Assembly (NCBI GenBank): GCA_903869265.1
Contig: CAIPYE010000005.1
Span: forward strand, 97,292-161,291
DNA length: 64,000 nucleotides
Origin: an uncultured delta proteobacterium
GTDB taxonomy: Bacteria > Desulfobacterota > Desulfobulbia > Desulfobulbales > Desulfurivibrionaceae
Direction of reading: 5' to 3'
A program made the position numbers and the translations under genes. This document shows, in pieces, positions 1-9,087 of this stretch; positions within the stretch are counted from its first letter, which is position 1, and every line of letters starts with the position of its first letter. The notes beneath the pieces were generated by a model that had not been told where the DNA came from, made no database searches, and was given only the letters and a program-made list of their open reading frames with translations.

Positions 1-1
1 C

Positions 2-1621
2 CAACGCATCGAAAGCTGGCACGCCGAGCTGACCCGCGCGGTGGAGGAACGCACCCATGAACTCACCGAGACCAACCGCTCCCTACTGGAAAGCGAGGCG
101 CGCTTCCGCAGCCTTTTTGAAAACATCCATGTGACCACCCTGCTGATCGACCCGGACACCGGCGCAATCATCGACGCCAATGATGCGGCGGCATCCTTTT
201 ATGGCTGGTCCAAGGCGCAGTTGCGGAGCATGAACATCGCCGAGATCAACACCTTCTCCCCCGAAAAGGTCAAGGCCAACATGGCGACGACCCTGGCCCA
301 AGGGCAGGCCTATTTCCTGTTCCAGCATCGACTGGCCGATGGGTCGATCAAGGATGTCGAGGTTTATGCAGGACAGATCCAGATGGCTGACAAGAGTATC
401 CTCTGTTCCATCGTGCACGATGTTACCCAGCGCAAGCTGGATGAGAAAAATCGGGCACAGCTGGAAGAGCAGCTCCGGCAATCGGCAAAGATGGAGGCCG
501 TGGGCCGTTTGGCAGGCGGCGTGGCCCACGATTTCAACAACATGCTGAGCGTTATTTTGGGCTATCTCGGTTTCCTGAAAGAGGATTTTTCCGCCAACAG
601 CGAGGTCATGCACAGCCTGACAGAAATTGAAAAGGCTGCCATCCGCTCCAAGGACATCACCCGGCAACTCCTGAGTTTTTCCAGAAAACAGACGATTGCG
701 CCCAAACCCGTGGATGTGAATGAGGCCATCACCGAGACCCAAAAAAACCTTGGTCGTCTCATGGGCGAGGATATCGAATTTATCTTCCGACCCGGCGCAA
801 ATCTCGGGAAGATTCTGATCGATCCCTCCCAGATCGATCAGGTGCTGATGAACCTGGCGGTCAACTCCCGTGACGCCATGCCCAATGGCGGCAAATTCAT
901 CATCGAAACCGAAAACCGGCTGCTCGACGCGGAATACCAGAGGGCACACCTCGAGGCAACGCCTGGCCCCTATGTGATGCTGACGGTGAGCGATACCGGC
1001 GTCGGCATGGATCAGGACACCACAAACCATATCTTTGAACCATTTTTCACCACCAAGGAAGTGGGTAAGGGCACGGGGTTGGGGCTGGCCACGGTGTTCG
1101 GCATCGTGCAGCAAAACAAGGGATTCATCAACGTGTACAGTGAACCGGGCCAAGGGACAACCTTCCGCATTTACCTGCCACAACTTGTGGAGGATGCCAC
1201 GGCAGGGCCGGCGGAAGAAGAGCAAGAACCGGTGACCAAAGGGAGGGGGACGATTTTGCTGGTCGAGGATGAAGAGCAAGTGCGGATCATGACCAAGAGA
1301 ATGCTCGAAGGATTGGGCTATAATATCGTCGCCGCCGCCTCTCCCCAAGAGGCTCTTTCCCTTTGCCGGGCCATGACCACCGCGCCGGACCTGCTGCTGA
1401 CCGACGTAATCATGCCGGGGATGAGCGGCCGGAAGCTTTGCGACACACTTACAGCCAAATGGCCAACAATCACAACGATCTTCATGTCCGGTTACACGGC
1501 AGACCTGCTCACGCCCCACCAGGTGTTGGCCACAGGCTCCCACTTCCTCCAGAAGCCCTTCATCCGAAAAGAACTGGCCAGAAAGATCAAGGAAGCGATG
1601 ATAGGAAAAGACAGTTTTTGA
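2..1621 (+). CDS. Hybrid sensor histidine kinase / response regulator (PAS, HisKA, HATPase_c, REC). The 5' end is probably truncated by the window edge.
   Basis: The reading frame is open from base 2, so the listed GTG at 41 is probably internal. PAS-like LESEARFRSLFENI, H-box GGVAHDFNNMLSVILGY, G-boxes DTGVGMD and GKGTGLGL, receiver ILLVEDEE...DLLLTDVIMPGMSG. Confidence 0.85.
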   Translation, partial: QRIESWHAELTRAVEERTHELTETNRSLLESEARFRSLFENIHVTTLLIDPDTGAIIDANDAAASFYGWSKAQLRSMNIAEINTFSPEKVKANMATTLAQGQAYFLFQHRLADGSIKDVEVYAGQIQMADKSILCSIVHDVTQRKLDEKNRAQLEEQLRQSAKMEAVGRLAGGVAHDFNNMLSVILGYLGFLKEDFSANSEVMHSLTEIEKAAIRSKDITRQLLSFSRKQTIAPKPVDVNEAITETQKNLGRLMGEDIEFIFRPGANLGKILIDPSQIDQVLMNLAVNSRDAMPNGGKFIIETENRLLDAEYQRAHLEATPGPYVMLTVSDTGVGMDQDTTNHIFEPFFTTKEVGKGTGLGLATVFGIVQQNKGFINVYSEPGQGTTFRIYLPQLVEDATAGPAEEEQEPVTKGRGTILLVEDEEQVRIMTKRMLEGLGYNIVAAASPQEALSLCRAMTTAPDLLLTDVIMPGMSGRKLCDTLTAKWPTITTIFMSGYTADLLTPHQVLATGSHFLQKPFIRKELARKIKEAMIGKDSF

Positions 1622-1742
1622 ACCTTCTCTTTCATACTTATCTGGAGCGTTCGATGCCTTACAGGACCAGCCTTTTTCCCGCTTCGTTTTTTTCCTTTCA
1701 ATGAGAAGCCGTACAACACGGCATGACGAGCCGTAATGACTC

Positions 1743-3353
1743 CTAAAAACCCAAGCCCTTCAAAAGATCGTTCACCGCATCCTGATCCAGAGAGCCCTCA
1801 CCGCCGACCTCCCCTGTGGTCATGGAATTGAGATACTTGTCCACATCCTCCTGGGCGATCCGCTTGCTCTCCTCCACGGTAATCCCGGCATTCTTCTCCT
1901 TGATTTTCAACTGGGAGCCAAAGGAAACCACAATGGCCAGAAGCTGGACCTGGAAATCGGTGAGCAGTTTGATGATTTTCAGAATCTGCTGGCCGGAGAG
2001 ATCCTGGAAACTCAAGGCTTCCGTAATCCGCGAGATATCGTCGGTGATGGCGGAAGCCACCTCGAAAGCGTCTTCAATCTTCTTGAAGATATCCCGCTGA
2101 TCTTCGATGGTCATTTTGCTCATGCCGGGAACCTGGCCGGAACGCATCTGTTCCAGGCTCTCGGTCAAATCCCCAGCCAAGGTGAGACTTTCCGCCAACA
2201 TGCCCCCGAGTTCGGCAAATCTCGGGTCAGCCCCTTGCGGAGCGGCAGGACCAGTTTGAACCGCATCCAGCGGGGATGTTACGACAGAGGCAGGAGCGGC
2301 TTCCTCAATCTCCTCGGTGGGGGGTACTTCCAGAGGCAAGTTCTGATCCAAAAAGATCTCGGCTTGGTTGAGATTCATCTTTTTCAGAAGATTCTGGGTC
2401 TTCGGATCAGAACAGGCGGCCAGCAGGGCGGAAAGCACATCGCCCAGGGGAACGGTGAAAAAATTATCGCTGTCCGGAGCGAGATCCCGAATCTTCTCTC
2501 CCATGGCATCGACAAAGCCACTGTGGTCAAAAATCTCCCCGGCGTTTTTACGAGCACCGGTGATATGCGTTTTCACCGTCTCGTTGGTACACAGCTCGTA
2601 CATGGTCTGAAAAATCGTATCCAGCGCAAAAAGATACCGGGTTCGTTTGACCATTTCCGGCGCAGCCTCGGCCAGATCGAGGACCACGCCAGCCTCTTCG
2701 CCTCCAGCGCCCGCACTTTCCTGCAGAGCGACAATCAAGGCATTGGCCTGGCCTATCTTCTCCTGCAGGTTTTGCAGGGTTACAATGGCGGACTGTGCAC
2801 CCGCCTCTCCGGCGGCAATGGCTTCGGTCTGAAAGGCATTATGGGTTTTGAGGGACAAGAGCAAATCTTTTACGCCATCGGTCTGGTTCTGGACCTTTTC
2901 CACCTGATCCATGATCTCCATGGTGGCCCTTTCGGTCATGGAAACGATGTCATGCAGCTGGTTTTTGGCATCCTCTATCTTTTCTCCGGCCTCATCCAGC
3001 TCCACCCGCTTCATGCGCCGGTCTTCCAGGGGAATTTCCCCCATGGTCGAGCTGAGGCTCTTTGCCAACTTGCCGATATCATTAAATATATCGTTGGATA
3101 CCTGCTTGTAGTAATCATCCCCTTCCGCCCCAGCAGCCAGCGGGGCAACAACCATGTCCTCTCGTGCCGGTTCGGGCGCGGCCAGGATGGGAACGGGCGG
3201 TTTTTCCTCGGCCAGAATGTGCCGCACCACCTGGGTGGCCCCGGTTTCCCCACCGCCAAGGACGGTGATGTTATACACCACCGTATCCGTTGATATTCTG
3301 AAAAATCCGGCGCTTATCTCAAGATTGACTTCCGACTTTCCTGCTGTGGACAT
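1743..3353 (-). CDS. Unusually long CheZ-like CheY-P phosphatase (about 536 aa)
   Basis: Contains the catalytic-helix motif FQDLSGQQI (compare E. coli CheZ DFQDLTGQVI). The C-terminus DQDAVNDLLKGLGF resembles the CheZ CheY-binding peptide QDQVDDLLDSLGF. An N-terminal hairpin-helix-like segment reads IVSMTERATMEIMDQVE. Start chosen at ATG 3353, preceded by GGGAGG 8 nt upstream. Confidence 0.7.
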   Translation of the reverse strand: MSTAGKSEVNLEISAGFFRISTDTVVYNITVLGGGETGATQVVRHILAEEKPPVPILAAPEPAREDMVVAPLAAGAEGDDYYKQVSNDIFNDIGKLAKSLSSTMGEIPLEDRRMKRVELDEAGEKIEDAKNQLHDIVSMTERATMEIMDQVEKVQNQTDGVKDLLLSLKTHNAFQTEAIAAGEAGAQSAIVTLQNLQEKIGQANALIVALQESAGAGGEEAGVVLDLAEAAPEMVKRTRYLFALDTIFQTMYELCTNETVKTHITGARKNAGEIFDHSGFVDAMGEKIRDLAPDSDNFFTVPLGDVLSALLAACSDPKTQNLLKKMNLNQAEIFLDQNLPLEVPPTEEIEEAAPASVVTSPLDAVQTGPAAPQGADPRFAELGGMLAESLTLAGDLTESLEQMRSGQVPGMSKMTIEDQRDIFKKIEDAFEVASAITDDISRITEALSFQDLSGQQILKIIKLLTDFQVQLLAIVVSFGSQLKIKEKNAGITVEESKRIAQEDVDKYLNSMTTGEVGGEGSLDQDAVNDLLKGLGF

Positions 3354-3476
3354 GCTCAGCCTCCCGCTGCTGTTCCTCTCTCTGCTCCCTGGCTGCCCCA
3401 TAGGGGGCGTACTCCTTAACCCATCGGCAAGCTGCCAATTTTCTTGAATATTTTACGGATTACAAAAACAACCTCT

Positions 3477-3854
3477 TCAGACCGTGACCATGCCGGAAAA
3501 ACAAACCCCTGTTTCGTACCGGCCCGGATCGGTCCGGCTAATCGCCACCCAAGAGACCATGCCAACCACCCGCAACACCCCGACATCCTCATCCACCTTG
3601 GTGGCGACCCATTTGCCGTCTGCCGCCACATGCCAGCCGGGGAACTCCAAAATCATCACCAACTGACTGCCCAAGGGCATCGCCTCCTCCGCCAAAAAAC
3701 AGAGGCCACCCCCGCTGATATCCAGCAATTGCCCTTCCTGGGAAGGAACATCAGCCGTAAGATCTTCAAGTCTTGTAAAACGGACAAACAGGTCTTTGCC
3801 AACCCGTTGTTCCTGACGCCGCTCCTCGCCCGAACCATCTTGTGCAATAATCAT
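3477..3854 (-). CDS. PilZ-domain (c-di-GMP binding) protein
   Basis: RRQEQR (RxxxR) followed by DISGGG (D/NxSxxG). Start is uncertain: ATG 3854 with AAGGGAAG upstream, or ATG 3890. Confidence 0.7.
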   Translation of the reverse strand: MIIAQDGSGEERRQEQRVGKDLFVRFTRLEDLTADVPSQEGQLLDISGGGLCFLAEEAMPLGSQLVMILEFPGWHVAADGKWVATKVDEDVGVLRVVGMVSWVAISRTDPGRYETGVCFSGMVTV

Positions 3855-4000
3855 GGTGTGCTCTTCCCTTGCTCTTTGATTCCCGATCAACCAAGACCAT
3901 TTTTACTGTTCTACCTGTTTTCCAGGAAAAGAAGCAACACCCCTTGCAGAAATAAGTGTTTTTTCAAAAAACAAAACCGAGACAGACGTGAGGATCACCC

Positions 4001-4564
4001 TCACTTGACAAAAGGCAGGATAGCCTTGAATGCCGGGGTTCCTGCCTTGTGCAGCCATTCGTAGATGATCATCTCCGCATTGGCGACGATGCCGCCCACC
4101 TCGCTGATCCGGGCAAGACCGGTCTGGTGGTTCTGCTCAGCCCGTGAGGCCACTGCATCGGCGGGCACCCACATCCGATAGCCTTGCAGGAGACCGCCTG
4201 CCACCGTCTGATAGATGCAGATATGGGTTTCCACCCCGCAGACCACGATGGTGTTGATCTCGCGGGACAATTTTTTCGCCGCCTCGGCAATGGCCCCGTT
4301 GTCAAAACAGCCGAATTCCAGCTTGTCCAAAGGCACAACCCCGCCCAACTCACCCTGAATCTCCGGGAGCAACTCACCGATCCGCGCCGCATACTGGGTG
4401 GTGGCAAGCACGGGTATCCTGAGGATGTTGGCCGCCTTCATCAGCAACACGGCATTTTTCACCACCTCGTCCCTGGCCGGAATGGCCTGCATCATGCGGT
4501 CTTGGATATCCACCACCAACAGGGCGCATTGTTCCGGCGCCAGACGGTACAGTTTTTGGCTCAT
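4001..4564 (-). CDS. Isochorismatase-family hydrolase
   Basis: ALLVVDIQ near the N-terminus and VVCGVETHICIYQT catalytic-Cys region, both typical of cysteine hydrolases of this family. Confidence 0.8.
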   Translation of the reverse strand: MSQKLYRLAPEQCALLVVDIQDRMMQAIPARDEVVKNAVLLMKAANILRIPVLATTQYAARIGELLPEIQGELGGVVPLDKLEFGCFDNGAIAEAAKKLSREINTIVVCGVETHICIYQTVAGGLLQGYRMWVPADAVASRAEQNHQTGLARISEVGGIVANAEMIIYEWLHKAGTPAFKAILPFVK

Positions 4565-4644
4565 TGTTTTCTCCTTTTTCTCTCAAAATCCAAGCTGTGT
4601 ATTTCCTTGTACCTGGAAAAATGTATTGCAAAGAACCATTATTT

Positions 4645-4740
4645 GTTGAAATCGCAAAAAGACGCGATTACAACGGTTATCACTTTATAATTCTTTAATC
4701 TTGTGTCACGGACCTTGTCCTTTTATTCTTTTTCACGAGT
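4645..4740 (+). repeat. Copy A of a 95-96 bp conserved intergenic module, oriented toward asnS
   Basis: GTTGAAATCGCAAAAAGACGCGATTACAAC (30-bp hairpin core) followed by the conserved blocks GTTAT, CACGGAC and TTCACGAGT. By hand count, 74 of 96 positions match copy B on the opposite strand, with no gaps. Confidence 0.8.
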
Positions 4741-4812
4741 CCGTCATTATTTATCCATGACTTAGGAAAATTCTCAAGAACTCTTCAATGCACCCGCCGG
4801 ACACAATCACCC

Positions 4813-6204
4813 ATGAGCCACTATTTTCGCATTGCCCAACTCCTCAAAACGCAACCCACCGGCCAGGCCGTGGAAATCAAAGGCTGGATCCGCACCCGCC
4901 GAGACAGCAAGGGTTTTTCCTTTCTCGAGGTCAATGACGGCTCCTGTGTGGCCAACCTTCAGATCATTGCCGAGGAGAGCCTGCCCCGGTATCAAGAGGA
5001 TATCCTTCGCCTCACCACCGGTTGCTCGGTGCGAGTCAGCGGCCTGCTTGCCGCCTCGCCAGCCAAGGGCCAGGCCGTGGAGCTCAAGGCTGCCGAGGTC
5101 GAGGTCTACGGCTGGGCCGACCCGGAAACCTATCCCCTGCAAAAGAAACGGCACTCCTTCGAGTTCCTGCGGGAGATCGGTCACCTGCGCCCACGCACCA
5201 ATAGCCTGGGCGGTGTGGCCAGGGTGAGGAGCGCTCTTTCCTTTGGTGTGCACCGGTTTTTTCAGGAGCAGGACTTCCGGTACATCCATACTCCGATCAT
5301 CACCACCAGCGACTGCGAAGGTGCAGGGGAGATGTTCACCGTCACCACCCTGGACCTGAACAACGTCCCCCGCAAGGATGGGTGGACTGATTTCAGCCAG
5401 GATTTCTTCGGCCGCCAGGCGAGCCTCACGGTGAGCGGTCAGCTCGAAGCGGAGATTTACTGCCTGGCCCTGGGCAACGTCTACACCTTCGGCCCCACCT
5501 TCCGGGCGGAAAACTCCAACACCAGCAGACATCTGGCCGAGTTCTGGATGATCGAGCCGGAGATGGCCTTCTGCGATCTTAGTCAGGACATGCAGGTGGC
5601 GGAAGCGTTCATCAAATACCTGGTGCAATACGTACTGGAGCATTGCCCCGAGGAAATCGAACTCTTCAGCAATTTCGTGGACAAGGGGCTTAAAGCCAGG
5701 CTGGGTGCGGTGCTGGACCAGGATTTTGCCCGGATCACCTACACCGAGGCCATCGACCGACTCACCACCTGCGGAAAGACCTTCAACTTCCCCGTGGCCT
5801 GGGGCACGGATCTCCAATCGGAACACGAGCGCTACCTCTGCGAGGAGGTCTTCAAGCGCCCCCTCATCGTCAGCGACTATCCCAAGGCCATCAAACCTTT
5901 CTACATGCGGGTCAATGACGACGACACCACCGTGGCCGCCATGGACATCCTGGTGCCGGGCATAGGCGAAATCATCGGCGGCAGCCAACGGGAAGAACGC
6001 TACGACATCCTGCTCAACCGCATGGCTGCCCAGGGCCTCAACCCGGAAGAGTACGACTGGTACCTGGACCTGCGGAGGTATGGCACAGTGCCCCACGCCG
6101 GTTTCGGCCTGGGCTTTGAACGCCTCATCCAATTTGTCACCGGCATGGCCAACATCCGCGAGGTGATCCCCTTCCCGCGCACCCCTGGCTCGGCCGCCCT
6201 GTAG
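4813..6204 (+). CDS. asnS: Asparaginyl-tRNA synthetase
   Basis: 463 aa. Class IIb motifs including [21 protein letters not shown] and [10 protein letters not shown]-terminal OB-fold region [21 protein letters not shown]. Confidence 0.93.
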   Translation: MSHYFRIAQLLKTQPTGQAVEIKGWIRTRRDSKGFSFLEVNDGSCVANLQIIAEESLPRYQEDILRLTTGCSVRVSGLLAASPAKGQAVELKAAEVEVYGWADPETYPLQKKRHSFEFLREIGHLRPRTNSLGGVARVRSALSFGVHRFFQEQDFRYIHTPIITTSDCEGAGEMFTVTTLDLNNVPRKDGWTDFSQDFFGRQASLTVSGQLEAEIYCLALGNVYTFGPTFRAENSNTSRHLAEFWMIEPEMAFCDLSQDMQVAEAFIKYLVQYVLEHCPEEIELFSNFVDKGLKARLGAVLDQDFARITYTEAIDRLTTCGKTFNFPVAWGTDLQSEHERYLCEEVFKRPLIVSDYPKAIKPFYMRVNDDDTTVAAMDILVPGIGEIIGGSQREERYDILLNRMAAQGLNPEEYDWYLDLRRYGTVPHAGFGLGFERLIQFVTGMANIREVIPFPRTPGSAAL

Positions 6205-6212
6205 TCTGGAAC

Positions 6213-7013
6213 ATGGAAGAAGGTATCCAGACCGACCGCATCTATGGCCATGCCCGGTACACCGCCCTCTACGATCTGGAACTAAAAGATTTCCGCGAAG
6301 ACCTCCCCTTTTATCGCCGCCACCTGCCCGCCACCCCCTGCACCATTCTGGAACTGGGCTGCGGCACCGGTCGGGTCAGCCGGGCTCTGGCCGCAGACGG
6401 CCATCGACTGACCGGCATCGACCTCTCCTTTCCCATGCTGGCCGCCGCAGGACTTGCCGCACCGGCACCCGCACCTGCACCGCATTACGCCTGCATGGAC
6501 ATGACCGCCCTGACCTTCCGCACCACCTTTGCCGCAGTCATCGCCCCGTACAACACCCTGAATCTCCTGAGCGACCCGGAGAGTCTGCGCTCCTGCCTGA
6601 GCCAAGCGCATCATCTGCTAGCCGAAAACGGCATCCTCCTGCTGCAACTCTACATCCCGGACCAGGAACTCCGCACCCTGGACGGCAAAAAACGCTTCCA
6701 GTTCCAGATCTTCGGCTGCCCGGATGGCGCAAAGGTCATCAAAGAAATCCTGAAAAGCATGGAGCCGCAGTCATTCTTGGTGGACATCATCGAACGGTAC
6801 CGTCTGCGTTTTAGAAAAAACCAGCCCACTGAGGACTGGGAATACACCTATCAGATTCTTGGTTACGGGTTTGCGCAATGGCAGGACATCCTGACAGAAC
6901 AAGGCTTTCACCTGGAAGCGGCCTACGGCGACTACGATCTTGCCCCCTTTGTTCAAGAAAAACACACCACCCTGCTCTTGGCGCTAAGAAGGGGTGCCAG
7001 CAACCCACAATAA
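6213..7013 (+). CDS. Class I SAM-dependent methyltransferase
   Basis: Motif [13 protein letters not shown], and the length is typical of the family. Confidence 0.75.
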   Translation: MEEGIQTDRIYGHARYTALYDLELKDFREDLPFYRRHLPATPCTILELGCGTGRVSRALAADGHRLTGIDLSFPMLAAAGLAAPAPAPAPHYACMDMTALTFRTTFAAVIAPYNTLNLLSDPESLRSCLSQAHHLLAENGILLLQLYIPDQELRTLDGKKRFQFQIFGCPDGAKVIKEILKSMEPQSFLVDIIERYRLRFRKNQPTEDWEYTYQILGYGFAQWQDILTEQGFHLEAAYGDYDLAPFVQEKHTTLLLALRRGASNPQ

Positions 7014-7194
7014 TTTATTTGCTATTCCAAATCCTTTTTGGTATCAAAAAATCAGTAGGTATTGTGCAGTATTTTTTAGCTTTGTTAAAAAGTTTACCGC
7101 ACAAACCCGGAGATGGGTGTGCGGTATTTTTTTACGGACCAAGAAATACTGCGTGTTTCAAGTTAGGGTTCCAAGCAAGGAACGGAGGGATATC

Positions 7195-7395
7195 ATGTTT
7201 GAAGGCACAGTGAAGTGGTTTAACGAAGCAAAGGGCTTTGGCTTTATCGCACAGGATAATGGCAAGGATGTTTTTGTCCATTACTCCGCAATCAACAAGG
7301 ATGGGTTCAAAACTTTACAGGAAGGTGAACGCGTCCGCTTCGAGATTGTCGACGGCCAGAAAGGCCCTGCCGCGGCCAATGTGCAACCGCTGTAA
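7195..7395 (+). CDS. Cold-shock protein (CspA family)
   Basis: [18 protein letters not shown]...VFVHYSAI carries the RNP1 and RNP2 motifs. 66 aa. The internal ATG at 7195 was chosen instead of the long ORF start. Confidence 0.95.
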   Translation: MFEGTVKWFNEAKGFGFIAQDNGKDVFVHYSAINKDGFKTLQEGERVRFEIVDGQKGPAAANVQPL

Positions 7396-7422
7396 GGTCA
7401 TCTACGACGTTTGACCAACCCA

Positions 7423-7452
7423 AGGGCCCCGCCTCCGCGAGGCCCTTTTTTC
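7423..7452 (+). terminator. Rho-independent terminator after csp
   Basis: GGGCCCCGC-CTCC-GCGAGGCCC stem-loop with one mismatch, followed by TTTTTTCTT. Confidence 0.7.
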
Positions 7453-7492
7453 TTCCTCCCGCCCCCTTTCTTTTCTGAAACCATCTCCCTGT

Positions 7493-7521
7493 TTGCACTG
7501 GGCACCTTTCCCCTATACAAT
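7493..7521 (+). promoter_or_regulatory. Candidate sigma-70 promoter for the MarC-family gene
   Basis: TTGCAC-N17-TACAAT, about 70 nt upstream of ATG 7592. Confidence 0.4.
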
Positions 7522-7591
7522 ACAAATAAAGCGTTTCCTGTTTTCTGGCCCCAAAAGCCTGCCGAACAAAATCAGCACAAGGTTCAGCGCC

Positions 7592-8224
7592 ATGTTCGAT
7601 TCTTCGGAACACATAAAATTCATCATCTCCCTCTTCGCCATCGTCAACCCCATCGGCGCCATCCCCATCTACATCAGCCTCACCGACGGCTACCGGCAGG
7701 AAGACCGGGCCAGAGTCGTCCGGATCACTCCCGTTGCCGTGGTGGCCATTCTACTGGTAACCCTGGTCAGCGGCGAGTTCATCCTCCGTTTCTTCGGGAT
7801 CTCCGTCGACTCCTTCCGGGTGGGCGGCGGCATCCTCCTGTTGCTCATGGCCACCTCCATGCTCCAGGCCAAGACAAGCCGGGCCTCACATACCAGTGAC
7901 GAAGCCGAAGAAACCGCAGACCGCGAAACCATCGCCGTGGTGCCTTTGGCCATCCCCCTGCTTTCCGGACCGGGCGCCATAAGCACGGTTATCGTGTATG
8001 CCTACAAGGCAAAAGGGGTTTCAGCCTATCTGATTACCAGCGCAGGCATTCTCCTCATTGGCCTGGCAATCTACCTTTCCCTGCTGGCCGCGCCCTACAT
8101 TACCAAAAAACTCGGCAAAACCGGGATCAACATAGTCACTCGGATCATGGGCCTTATCCTGGCGGCCATTTCCGTGGAATTCATCACCACCGGACTGAAA
8201 AACATCTTCCAGAATCTAACCTGA
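7592..8224 (+). CDS. MarC-family (UPF0056) integral membrane protein
   Basis: N-terminus FIISLFAIVNPIGAIPIYISL and multiple TM segments. Start at ATG 7592. Confidence 0.8.
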   Translation: MFDSSEHIKFIISLFAIVNPIGAIPIYISLTDGYRQEDRARVVRITPVAVVAILLVTLVSGEFILRFFGISVDSFRVGGGILLLLMATSMLQAKTSRASHTSDEAEETADRETIAVVPLAIPLLSGPGAISTVIVYAYKAKGVSAYLITSAGILLIGLAIYLSLLAAPYITKKLGKTGINIVTRIMGLILAAISVEFITTGLKNIFQNLT

Positions 8225-8265
8225 GTCTTAGGCCTTCCCCGGCCACAACCAGGAGATACCCGGCC

Positions 8266-9087
8266 ATGAAAGTCATTGCTGCAATAAACGGCCTTGTTTC
8301 CTCGGATGTCGCGGCGCTCTACGCTCTGCGCTACGCCGCACTCTTTGACCACACCCTCTGCCTGCTCCATGTGCTCAACCCCTCCGACCGCCGGGAGGAG
8401 GTGGAGCTGAGCATGACAGAGGCCGAAGAGGCTGCCACCCATTACGGGGTCAAGACCGAACGGGTATTCCTGACCGGGGAATCCACCGCAGCCATCCGAA
8501 CATATCTTGCAGCCGCCCGAACCGACACCCTCTTTTGCAGCACCCGGATGCACAGGCGATTTTTCCAGGATTCGCTCAGCGAAAAGCTGAGCCGGTTATC
8601 CCTGCCCGCCAATCTGGCCGTGGTCCGGGTGGCCCATGTGAACGCGGTTTTCGTCACCGAAAACATCCTCCTCCCCATCAGGGAAGACCGTTTATCGGCA
8701 CAAAAATTCGCCTTTTTCAGCTCCCTGGCCAAGGCCTTTAGCGCCGAGACCGAGATATACAGCATTCATCCCACAGGCAGGCGCAGGCTGGCCGCCATGG
8801 ATACCCACACCGCCAGAATGCTGTTCCAAAAAATCAACACCCGCCTGAGCCACTATGCCAATACCCTGAAGCTCCTGGGTCTTCCCTTTACCATCAAACA
8901 CGCCCTGACCGGCAGGGAGGTTGACCAAATCCTCCACCACCTGGCCCGCCATGATTTCCAGCTCATGATCATCGGGGGCAGGCGGCTTTCCCAATTTTCC
9001 GGGTTGTTTCGGGAAAACCCCATGGAAAGGCTCTTCTGGCACACGCCGGTGAACACCATCGCCTTCTACGCCAGGGACAAGAAATGA
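8266..9087 (+). CDS. Tandem universal-stress-protein-like (USP fold) protein
   Basis: Two USP-like halves (MKVIAAINGL...LHV and LLPIRED...MIIGGRR). AGGAGA SD. The stop overlaps the downstream ATPase start (ATGA). Confidence 0.5.
   Translation: MKVIAAINGLVSSDVAALYALRYAALFDHTLCLLHVLNPSDRREEVELSMTEAEEAATHYGVKTERVFLTGESTAAIRTYLAAARTDTLFCSTRMHRRFFQDSLSEKLSRLSLPANLAVVRVAHVNAVFVTENILLPIREDRLSAQKFAFFSSLAKAFSAETEIYSIHPTGRRRLAAMDTHTARMLFQKINTRLSHYANTLKLLGLPFTIKHALTGREVDQILHHLARHDFQLMIIGGRRLSQFSGLFRENPMERLFWHTPVNTIAFYARDKK

Noticed and set aside
4645-4674. The 30-bp core GTTGAAATCGCAAAAAGACGCGATTACAAC looks like a CRISPR repeat in length, in its GTTG...CAAC termini and in its internal hairpin.
   Set aside because: There is no array. 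The three copies are 21-26 kb apart and are not separated by 30-40 bp spacers. Each is embedded in a longer conserved 96-bp module, and no cas genes are in the window. It is treated as a dispersed regulatory or structured element instead.
4565-4812. A T-box leader upstream of asnS (and likewise upstream of trpS at 25915-26262).
   Set aside because: There is no recognisable T-box sequence (AAUUAGGGUGGUACCGCG-like), no specifier-loop or terminator-antiterminator arrangement, and the shared module is only about 96 nt. I cannot exclude a different tRNA-sensing design.
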